From positions 32,054,001-32,118,000 of the forward strand of contig OZ024755.1 in NCBI GenBank assembly GCA_964016885.1: a stretch of 64,000 nucleotides of DNA, read 5' to 3'. This DNA comes from Eledone cirrhosa (lineage: Eukaryota). Both the position numbers and the translations under genes were made by a program. Position 1 is the first letter of the stretch. Each line of letters begins with the position of its first letter. The notes below the pieces were generated by a model, which was not told the DNA's origin, searched no databases, and saw nothing but the letters and a program-made list of their open reading frames with translations. Below are positions 1 through 32,736 of the stretch, one piece after another.

Positions 1-138
1 ACATGTAGTTGTAAGCCATCGTTACATGGCTGGCAGTCATACAATGTCCTCTCGCAACATGTAGTTGTAAACCATCGTTACATGGCTGGCAGTCATACAA
101 TGTCCTCCCGCAACATGTAGTTGCAAACCATTGTTACA
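1..138. repeat. 56-bp tandem repeat (~2.4 copies, may extend upstream of the window)
   Basis: acatgtagtt starts at 1, 57 and 113. Confidence 0.9.
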
Positions 139-262
139 ACTTTGTCGACCCCACAATCCACACAAACCGTGTAGAAGGCAGCTGGGGGCTTTGCAAAGTC
201 AAATCTCGTGCCACGAGAGGAACCAGCGAGGCTCTTTTCGGCACTCACCTTCAGGAGTTCTG
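1..262 (+). mobile_element. Merlin (IS1016/ISXO2-like DDE) transposase remnant
   Basis: Translates as ...GWQSYNVLPQHVVANHCYNFVDPTIHTNRVEGSWGLCK...GTSEALFGTHLQEF. This matches the Merlin pattern W..Y..L..H..VNH..NFVDP..HT..IE..W...YL.EF. Frameshifted, with an internal 56-bp tandem repeat. Confidence 0.7.
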
Positions 263-284
263 CCTTGCTATTAAAAAAAAAATC

Positions 285-583
285 TGCAGTAATATTCTAT
301 ATTGGACATTGAGTTGCTGAAGCATGGAATAAACTACCTGCATCAATTATTAGCTGTAGAAACACTGCACCCTTTAAATCCTCCATGCTTCCTGAGATTC
401 GCCAACACTACACCTAATATCCCTCCCTCCATATACATACACACATGTATATCATGACTCATACACTATTCACTTCCCTGACATTTGTATATTATTCTAT
501 GTACTATACATGCACCTTTGACGAGTTGTAGTGCACCTGAGCACTGTACACAATAATTTCATTATTATCATTATTATTTATTA
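285..583 (+). mobile_element. CR1/L2-type LINE 3' end
   Basis: VAEAWNKLPASIISCRNTAPFKSSMLPEIRQHYT* (WNxLP...FK motif), then 3' UTR and an (ATT)n tail. Confidence 0.7.
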
Positions 584-586
584 TGA

Positions 587-1060
587 TTAGCAGAAAAACC
601 ACAATTCAGGTGGTTTTCTGCTAGCATGTGTAGTGTGTATATTGATATTATACAGAAATATATATACATGTAGATATGATACATCAAATAAAATCGTAAT
701 TGACAATATATAATACATAGAAATTGAACGAAGACTGCGTTACACTGTCTTATTTAATCAGTAACGTAATCCATGATACATTAAAAAAGACGATATTATA
801 TATAAACTGCATTAGGAGAAAATTAATGAATCTTTAAATAAACAAAATATATTTAATAAACAACCACAAAATTTAGAAGATAAATTATGTAATATTCATT
901 AATTATTTATTGTCGATAAAATAAAGTACCAGTAATACACTAGAATAATTACTGGCCTTGTGCCAAAAGTAGAAACAATTATTTATTCAAAGTAATCCAA
1001 CTTATTTTACAAACGGGATAAAAAAACAAAACCGTACGCAATCCTTTATGATAGTTTAGA
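587..1060 (-). mobile_element. Non-autonomous Helitron-like element, family B, copy 1
   Basis: Homologous to 17590-18170. The minus strand starts a|TCTAAACTAT and ends in a CTAG-like terminus with an inverted repeat. Contains a SINE fragment. Confidence 0.6.
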
Positions 1061-1173
1061 TATATAATAGACACTTTTGAATATTATAATTTAAATAATA
1101 ACTTTCTTACTTAATTACATTCAAAAAGCATTCCAGTCATGACTATCATTATCGGTGAGAGCTTTAGGACAAA

Positions 1174-2289
1174 CTAGCAGCAGGACCCAGCGTTGCACGG
1201 GGTAGGAAACGTGAAATAGCAACACGCATATGCAAAGATTGAGGAATGTTGCTGTGTACTTTTTGAATTCCCTTATTCTCAGGGAATGATTGTTCATCTA
1301 CTGGAAACGTAGAACGCCAGCAGGCCGAATCCAGTAGTAGCAGTGTCAGTGGGCTGATTGTGGAAATCCTGTATGCGAAAGGAGTAAGTAAGTGCTTTGG
1401 GGCGATGTGTGTCGTAAGTCTGTTCAGGAATTACGTCACGGATGGGGAACACACATCAATCTGAAGGAGCGACGTAGTCAATTGTGTGAAAACCAAGTAG
1501 GGATATTGAGATGACGAAATCAGCGTGGCAATGCAGCTACAGCAGTAGTGCAATTAGCACAAACACTGGGCGGCACTGCGTTTACACAGCAACAAAGGTG
1601 CGACAAAAGGGGTCACCGCGGAATTAGCACAACCGCTGTTCGGCGTACTTGCGCAGGGCGTTGATACTGCGGTGTAGGTGCAACAAAAGGGGTCTTAGTA
1701 GAAGTAGCACAGGCGTGAGTTTTAGGGTGTCAATAAAAAGGCAACGTACATACGGCCCAGATTTGCGCGTGATGAAAGCATGAAGCGTCAACAGGGCGCC
1801 GTCAAAAATGTTAAGGTCCTCCTTGTTTCCTCACGCCCTCCCCTCCCCCCACCGAAAATGGTCATGCTTAAAAGTAAGTGTTGTGTCTATTAAATAAACC
1901 AAATTTTTAACGAAATATTATACGATACATACAGTGTTTAAGTAGCGTTTATATTGAACATGAAAACGGCATGTAACGCCCAATGCTAATTCGTAAATTT
2001 CCTAGAAACCATTAATGGAATCGGACATTTTTTTTGTCCACAGCAATGCGAGGGGACTAACTAATGTGTGCCGCAAATTTCGAGGAAATCGGCTGGATTA
2101 TCTTTAAGTTACGTCTTTAAAATGTGGGTGTTCGCCTAATGCGGGCAGAAAAGGTTAAGATATTTTTAGCCCATTGCACTTCATGAAATATAAGTCACGC
2201 ATGTGTAAAGTTGGAAAAAAAATCGGTCGAGTACTTCTCGAGTTTTAGGGATTTACACAGACAGGCATCTTCTGTTTTATATATATAGA
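1174..2289 (-). mobile_element. Non-autonomous Helitron (~1.1 kb, CpG-rich)
   Basis: Minus strand reads a|TCTATATATATAAAAC...CCCGTGC-AAC-GCTGGG hairpin-TCCTGCTG-CTAG|t. Inserted between A and T with no TSD. Confidence 0.8.
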
Positions 2290-2785
2290 TGAGGCCCCTC
2301 ACTCGGGCCTTGAAGGAGGTAAACATGTTTTGGGGAGGAAACCTTAGCACAATGGTAAATCCGGCACTGATCATTATCTAATATGGGATTTCCTTATATA
2401 TTGACGGTAGGGTGTGATATCTTGGAATTTCGCTGCTATTTCTAACAGTGTGGGATTTACTTAATAGAAAACACTTTAATCGTTACGGAATTTGTTGTTC
2501 ATTAGTCCCTGTCAGTTATAAGATCAGATGTGTTCCAAATCTGATTTGCCTATTCTTCGTTTACACATACCGTTTATAAGACGACATTATTCACAGCATA
2601 ATGTCAAGGAGAAGCGGATACTGTTTCAGGAATATCGAACGAACATATAGAGATTATCTGATTGGTTTATCTTCGTAGAATTTTCTCGTCATCGAGACAA
2701 AGCTAGTTTTGTGCTAATTACCTCCCTTGCCCATAGATCTTTCATGTAAAAGGTAACAATTGTAAAAGACGCAGTAAATACAAAA

Positions 2786-24987
<22,202 letters not shown>

Positions 24988-25093
24988 GTATTTGAAAGGT
25001 AACAGAAGGCCTAACCACATTTCTGCCTCTTCTGAAGCTTTATTGTCATTAACAATTATTTCACTTTCACTCATTCCAAAAAATTGCATTACA

Positions 25094-25099
25094 AATAAA
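25094..25099 (+). terminator. Candidate polyadenylation signal of RUVBL2
   Basis: AATAAA ~107 nt after the stop codon, followed by T/GT-rich sequence. Confidence 0.6.
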
Positions 25100-25519
25100 A
25101 GTAAATTTCACATCCATGTGTCCATTTTTTTCTACATTGTTACTACCATTTATTATAAATATGATATAGTTACTGTTTATTGATCTTGTATCAGTTATTT
25201 TAAAGATATAGTTACTACTACCTGATCTAGTATCAGTTATTTTAAAGATGATATAGTTACTGTTGGTTGAACCAGTATTATAAATATGATATAGTTACTC
25301 AGTTGATCCAGTATCACCTATTATAAATATGATATAGTTACTGTTTATTGATCTTGTATCAGTTATTTTAAAGATGATATAGTTACTACTACCTGATCTA
25401 GTATCAGTTATTTTAAAGATGTTACTATTACCTGATCTAGTATAAGTTATTTTAAAGATGAGATAGTTACTATTACTTGATCTAGTATCTAGTTATTTTA
25501 AAGATTGATATAGTTACTA

Positions 25520-25958
25520 CTAGCTGAGGTACCTGGCTTTGCCTGGCACAACAGAAAATGACTATTGGATGTGTTTGGTTTCTAGTATTAGGTGAGACAA
25601 TATGTGTGAGACAGAGACACAAAAAAAACAATCATAATCACTATTATCTTTTTCAGCTCCAAAGGACGTCATCTGAAACGTAGCGATATAACGCATAACA
25701 TTGCTTCGTTAGTAATTAGTATAGGGTTGATTAATTTCAGATAATAAAAAGAATTTATAAAAGCTAACGCAATATTGTTAAACCTTCAAAGGACTTTCAT
25801 GGGACGTTACTCTCTCACTGAATATCTAACACTTTAATTGTATCTCTCTCTGTATAACGGCCTATCTCTCTCCCTCTGTGTCTCTCTCTCTTTAGTTGTG
25901 TGTGTGTGTGTAGTTCTCGGGTGAAAACAATAAACATCTCTCTTTTTTTATATATAGA
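25520..25958 (-). mobile_element. Array Helitron, divergent edge copy
   Basis: Same termini as the array consensus, but 25545-25790 is strongly diverged. Confidence 0.8.
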
Positions 25959-26460
25959 TTACCTGATCTAGTATAAGTTATTTTAAAGATATATTTACTA
26001 TTACCTGATCCAGTATCAGTTAAAGATGATATAGTCATTATTGGTTGATCTAGTATAAGTTATTTTAAAGATATACTTACTATTACCTGATCCAGTATCA
26101 GTTAAAGATGATATAGTTATTATTGGTTGATCTAGTATAAGTTATTTTAAAGATATAGTTACTATTACCTGATCCAGTATCAGTTAAAGATGATATAGTT
26201 ATTATTGGTTGATCTAGTATAAGTTATTTTAAAGATATAGTTACTATTACCTGATCTAGTATCAGTTAAAGATGATATAGTTATTATTGGTTGATCTGGT
26301 ATCAGTTATTTTAAAGATATATTTACTATTACCTGATCCAGTATCGGTTAAAGATGATATAGTTATTATTAGTTGATCTAGTATCAGTTATTTTAAAGTT
26401 TGATATAATTACAATTACCTAATACAGTATTAGTTATTTTAAAGATTGACATAGTTACTA

Positions 26461-27005
26461 CTAGCTGAGGTACCCGGCTTTGCCTGGGAAAATAGTTAAG
26501 AGAAGGCGGATAAAAGAAAAAAATGACTGTATTGGATATGTTGAGCATGCGTTGGGGCCGTAATGTGACAAAAAAGTAGAGAATAAAAAAAAAAAACTTC
26601 CTTATTAAGCTGTGGGAGTAAACTGCTGATTAAATCGTAGCATTGGCCTTGGGTTTTAAATGTGAAATAACCATAGTCAGTAAAATCTTTTTCAGCTCCA
26701 AAGGATATCATGAAACACTGCATGACATTGCTTCTGAAGTATTTAGCTTCATTAGTACGGTCTGTAAGTAGTATATGGATAAAAGCTGGAAGGTAAATTA
26801 ATTTCAAATAGTATCAAATTTTCTTGTAAAAGCTAAACAATATAAACTTTCATGGGACGTTAGTCTCTCACTGAATATCTAACACTTTAATTGTATCTCT
26901 CTCTGTATAACGGCCTATCTCTCTCCCTCTATGTCTCTCTCTCTTTAGTTGTGTGTGTAGTTCTCGGGTGAAAACGATAAACATCTCTCTTTTTTTATAT
27001 ATAGA
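26461..27005 (-). mobile_element. Array non-autonomous Helitron, representative copy (545 bp). Other copies have their left end at 27180, 28560, 29863, 33434, 35117, 36413, 38100, 39231, 40703, 41430, 42564, 45479, 48004, 49216, 50509, 54585, 58627, 59755, 60802, ~61774, 63307
   Basis: Minus strand a|TCTATATATAAAAAAAGAGAG...CCCAGGC-AAA-GCCGGG-TACCTCAG-CTAG|t. The flanks rejoin to the empty monomer junction atagttacta|ttacctgat. Confidence 0.85.
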
Positions 27006-30000
27006 TTACCTGATCTAGTATCAGTTATTTTAAAGATATATTTACTATTACCTGATCCAGTATCAGTTAAAGATGATATAGTTATTATTGGTTGATCTAG
27101 TATCAGTTATTTTAAAGTTTGATATAATTACAATTACCTAATCCAGTATTAGTTATTTTAAAGATTGACCTAGTTACTACTAGCTGAGGTACCCGGCTTT
27201 GCCTGGGAGAATAGTTAAAAGAAGGCAGATAAAAGAAAAAAATGACTGAATTGGATATGTTAAGCATGCGTTGGGGCCGTAATGTGACAAAAAGAAGAGA
27301 ATAAAAATAAAAAAACTTCAGTATTAAGTTGTGGGAGTAAACTGCTGATTAAATCGTAGCATTGGCCTTGGATTTTAAATGTAAAATAACCAGAGTCAGT
27401 AAGATCTTTTTCAGCTCCAAAGGATGTCATATGAAACACTGCATAACATTGCTTCTGAAGTATTTAGCTTCATTAGTACGGTCTGTAAATAGTATATGGA
27501 TAAAAGCTGGAAGGTAAATTAATTTCAAATAGTATCAATTTTTCTTGTAAAAGCTAAACAATATAAAATTTCATGGGACGTTACTCTCTCACTGAATATC
27601 TAACACTTTAATTGTATCTCTCTCTGTATAACGGCCTATCTCTCTCCCTCTGTGTCTCTCTCTCTTTAGTTGTGTGTGTGTGTGTATAGTTCTCGGGTGA
27701 AAACAATAAACATCTCTCTTTTTTTATATATAGATTACCTGATCTAGTATCAGTTATTTTAAAGATATAGTTACTATTACCTGATCCAGTGTTAGTTAAA
27801 GATGATATAGTTATTATTGGTTGATCTAGTATCAATTATATTAAAGATATAGTTACTATTACCTGATCCAGTATCAGTTAAAAATAATCGTTATTATTGG
27901 TTGCTGTAGTATAAGATATTTTAAAGATATAGTTACTATTACCTGATCCAGTATCGGTTAAAAATAATCGTTATTATTGGTTGATCTAGTATAAGTTATT
28001 TTAAAGATATAGTTACTATTACCTGATCCAGTATCAGTTAAAGATGATATAGTTATTATTGGTTGCTCTAGTATAAGTTATTTTAAAGATATATTTACTA
28101 TTACCTGATCCAGTATCGGTTATAGATGATATAGTTATTATTGGTTGATCTAGTATAAGTTATTTTAAAGATATATTTACTATAACCTGATCCAGTGTCA
28201 GTTAAAGATGATATAGTTATCATTGGTTGATCTAGTATCAGTTATTTTAAAGATATAGTTACTATTACCTGATCTAGTATCAGTTAAAGATTATATAGTT
28301 ATTATTGGTTGATCTAGTATCAGTTATTTTAGAGATATATTTACTATTACCTGATCTAGTATCAGTTAAAGATGATATAGTTATTATCGGTTGATCTAGT
28401 ATAAGTTATTTTAAAGATATATTTACTATTACCGGATCCAGTATCGGTTAAAGATGATATAGTTATTATTGGTTGATCTAGTATCAGTATTTTAAAGTTT
28501 GATATAATTACGATTACCTAATCTAGTATTAGTTATTTTAAAGATTGACATAGCTACTACTAGCTGAGGTACCCGGATTTGCCTGGGAGAATAGTTAAGA
28601 AAAGGCGGATAAAAGAAAAAAATGACTGAATTGGATATGTTGAGCATGCGTTGAGGCCATAATGTGACAAAAACCTTAGGTTTTAAATGTGAAATAACCA
28701 TAGTCAGTAAGATCTTTTTCAGCTCCAAAGGATGTCATATGAAACACTGCATAACATTGCTTCTGAAGTATTTAGCTTCATTAGTACAGTCTGTAAGTAG
28801 TATATGGTTAAAAGCTGGAAGGTAAATTAATTTCAAATAGTATCAATTTTTCTTGTAAAAGCTAAACAATATAAACTTTCATGGGACGTTAGTCTCTCAC
28901 TTAATATCTAACACTTTAATTGTATCTCTCTCTGTATAACGGCCTATCTCTCTCCCTCTGTGTCTCTCTCTCTTTAGTTGTGTGTGTGTAGTTCTCGGGT
29001 GAAAACAATAAACATCTCTCTTTTTTTATATATAGATTACCTGATCTAGTGTCAGTTATTTCAAAGATATATTTACTATTACCTGATCCAGTATCAGTCA
29101 AAGATGATATAGTTATTATTGGTTGATCTAGTATCAGTTATTTTAAAGATATAGTTACTATTACCTGATCAAGTATCAGATAACGATCATATAGTTATTA
29201 TTGGTTTATCTAGTATCAGTTATTTTAAAGATATAGTTACTATTACCTGATCCAGTATCGGTTAAAGATGATATAGTTATTATTGGTTGATCCAGTATAA
29301 GTTATTTTAAAGATATATTTACTATTACCTGATCCAGTATCAGTTAAAGATGATATAGTTATTATTGGTTGATCTAGTATCAGTTATTTTAAAGATATAG
29401 TTACTATTACCTGATCCAGTGTCAGTTAAAGATGATATAGTTATTATTGGTTGATCTAGTATAAGTTATTTTAAATATATATTTACTATTACCTGATCCT
29501 GTATCATTTAAAATGATATAGTTATTATTGGTTGATCTAGTATGTTATTTTAAAGATATAGTTACTATTACCTGATCAAGTATCAGATAACGATCATATA
29601 GTTATTATTGGTTGATCTATAATCAGTTATTTTAAAGATATAGTTACTATTACCTGAGCCAATATCAGTTAAAGAAGATATAGTTATTATTGGTTGATCT
29701 AGTATCAGTTATTTTAAAGATATATTTACTATTACCGGATCCAGTATCGGTTAAAGATGATATAGTTATTATTGGTTGATCTAGTATCAGTATTTTAAAG
29801 TTTGATATAATTACAATTACCTAATCCAGTATTAGTTATTTTAAAGATTGATATAGCTACTACTAGCTGAGGTACCCGGCTTTGCCTAGGAGAATAGTTA
29901 AGAGAAAGCGGATAAAAGAAAAAAATGATTGTATTGGATATGTTGAGCACGCGTTGGGGCCGTAATGTGACAAAAAAGAAGAGAATAAAAAAAAAAAAAC

Positions 30001-30375
30001 TTCCTTATTAAGCTGTGGGTGTAAACTGCTGATTAAATTGTAGCATTGGCCTTGGGTTTTAAATGTGAAATAACCATAGTCAGTAAAATCTTTTTCAGCT
30101 CCAAAGGATGTCATATGAAACACTGCATAACATTGCTACTGAAGTATTTAGCTTCATTAGTACGGTCTGTAAGTAGTATATGGATAAAAGCTGGAAGGTA
30201 AATTAATTTCAAATAGTATCAATTTTTCTTGTAAAAGCTAAACAATATAAACTTTCATGGGACATTACTCTCTCACTGAATATCTAACACTTTAATTGTT
30301 TCTCTCTCTGTATAACGGCCTATCTCTCTCCCTCTGTGTCTCTCTCTCTTTAGTTGTGTGTGTGTGTAGTTCTCG

Positions 30376-32736
30376 TAGCATTGGCCTTGGGTTTTAAATG
30401 TGAAATAACCATAGTCAGTAAGATCTTTTTCAGAGATACAATTAAAGTGTTAGTATTCAGTGAGAGAGTAATGTCCCATGAAAATTTATATTGTTTAGCT
30501 TTTAAAAGAAAAATTGATACTATTTGAAATTAATTTACCTTCCAGCTTTTATCCATATACTACTTACAGACCGTACTAATAAATCTAAAGACTTCAGAAG
30601 CAATGTTATGCAGTGTTTCATATGACATCCTTTGGAGCTGAAAAAGATTTTACTGACTATGGTTATTTCACATTTAAAACCCAAGGCCAATGCTACGATT
30701 TAATCAGCAGTTTACTCCCACAGCTTAATAAGGAAGTTTTTTATTTTTATTCTCTTCTTTTTTGTCACATTACGGTCCCAACGCATGATCAACATATCCA
30801 ATACAATCATTTTTTCTTTTATCCGCCTTCTCTTAACTATTCTCCCAGGCAAAGCTGGGTACCTCAGCTAGTAGTAACTATGTCAATCTTTAAAATAACT
30901 AATACTGGTTTAGGTAATTGTAATTATATCAAACTTTAAATTAACTTTTACTAGATCAACCAATAATAACTATATCATATTTATCTGATACTGGATCAGG
31001 TAATAGTAAATATATCTTTAAAATAACTGATACTAGATCAAGCAATAATAACTATATCATCTTTAACTGATATTGGATCAGGTAATGGTAAATATATCTT
31101 TAAAATAACTTATACTAGATCAACCAATAATAACTATATCATCTTTAACTGATACTGGATCAGGTAATATTAACTATATCTTTAAAATAACAGATACTAG
31201 ATTAGGTAATCTATCATCATCATCATCATCGTTTAACGTCCATGTTCCACGCTTGCATAGGTTTGGACGGGAGTTTTCCCATTTGAGGCAAGAGTGGTTG
31301 TCTTGCTCGCATAGGACTGTCTGGCGGGTTTTCTACAGCTGGATGCCCTTCCTAACACCGACCACATTTACATTGTGGGACTGGGAGGTTTTTACCGTGT
31401 TGCCTACACGGCGACATTACAGCGTGGACTGTGTGTTTTTTTTTGTCGTGACACCTACACGATCTCAGTTGTTTCGGCCTGGATGTTGTGGCACCAACGT
31501 AACTTTATATTGAAAGGGGTGGTGTGACGGGGGCGTATTTTGTTAGAACTGACTAGGAGGTTTACTTTGTATTTAGGCAAGGCGGGTCTTCTCTATTACT
31601 GAGTACCGCCAAAGATCTCGGTCCAGTGACATTGTCTTGGAGAGGTGTAAGTGTGTGAGGTCGGAATTTATCTGGCCGTCCCAGGTTTTTCTGGGTCTGC
31701 CTACTCCGTGGCTACCGTCTATCTTTATTGCCCTGAATTTTTTTATACAGCTGTCGTCTTTCATGCGCATCACGTGACCATACCAACGTAGCCTTCTCTC
31801 GAGTAAACAACATCTGATCCCTCTTATTTCTAATTTCTCCCTTAGTTCGATTATGCTTTGCCGTTCGCGTATATTACTATTACACATCCAGCGGAGAATG
31901 CAAGCTTCGTTCCTCTCTAGTCTGCGTATATCCTTTGCACACAATGCCCAGGTCTCACTGCCATGCAACATTGCTGTTCGTATGCAGGCATCATACAACC
32001 TGCCTATATATAAAAAAAGAGAGATATTTATTGTTTTCCACCGAGAACTACACACACACAACTAAAGAGAGAGAGACATAGAGGGAGAGAGATAGGCCGT
32101 TATACAGAGAGAGATACAATTAAGGTGTTAGTTATTCAGTGAGAGAGTAACGTCCCATGAAAGTTTATATTGTTTAGCTTTTACAAGAAACATTGATACT
32201 ATTTCAAATTAATTTACCTTCCAGCTTTTATCCATATACTACTTACAGACCGTACTAATGAAGCTAAATATTTCGGAAGCAATGTTGTGCAGTGTTTCAT
32301 ATGACATCCTTTGGAGGTGAAAAAGATCTTACTGACTATAGTTATTTCACATTTAAAACCCAAGGCCAATGCTACGATTTAATCATCCGTTTACTGTCAC
32401 AGCTTAATAAGGAAGTTTTTTATTTTTATTCTCTTCTTTTTATCAGATTACAGCCCCAACGCATGCTCAAAATATCCAATACAGTCATTTTTTTCTTTTA
32501 TCCGCCTTCTCTTAACTATTCTCCTAGGCAAAGCTGGGTACGTCAGCTAGTAGTAACTAAGTCAATCTTTAATATAACTAATACTGGATTAGGTAATTGT
32601 AATTATATGAAACTTTAAAATAACTGATACTAGATCAACTAATAATAACTATATAATCTTTAACTGATACTGGATCAGGTAATAATAACTATATCTTTAA
32701 AATAACTGATACTAGATCAACCAATAATAATTATAT
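30376..32736. repeat. Inversion cassette copy 1 within array
   Basis: 58-bp templated insert (30376-30433), then array sequence in reverse orientation to ~32736. Confidence 0.92.
31215..32003 (-). mobile_element. 5'-truncated RTE LINE inserted in a Helitron 5' end (copy 1)
   Basis: GRLYDACIRTAMLHGSETW...LRWYGHVMRM...GRPRKTW, 3' UTR and (GAT)n tail; flanked by ctat/ctat. Confidence 0.93.

Noticed and set aside
2671-2686. Heat-shock element upstream of RUVBL2
   Set aside because: Spacing between the first TTC and GAA is 3 nt rather than 2, leaving only two correctly phased units.
26041-26060. ATCTAGT in each B monomer as a fused Helitron terminus
   Set aside because: A short motif already present in the pre-insertion monomers, with no associated hairpin; likely coincidence.
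31573-32061. 162-aa ORF (and copies at 52310, 56234) as a host gene
   Set aside because: Chance fusion of Helitron antisense sequence with a truncated RTE C-terminus.
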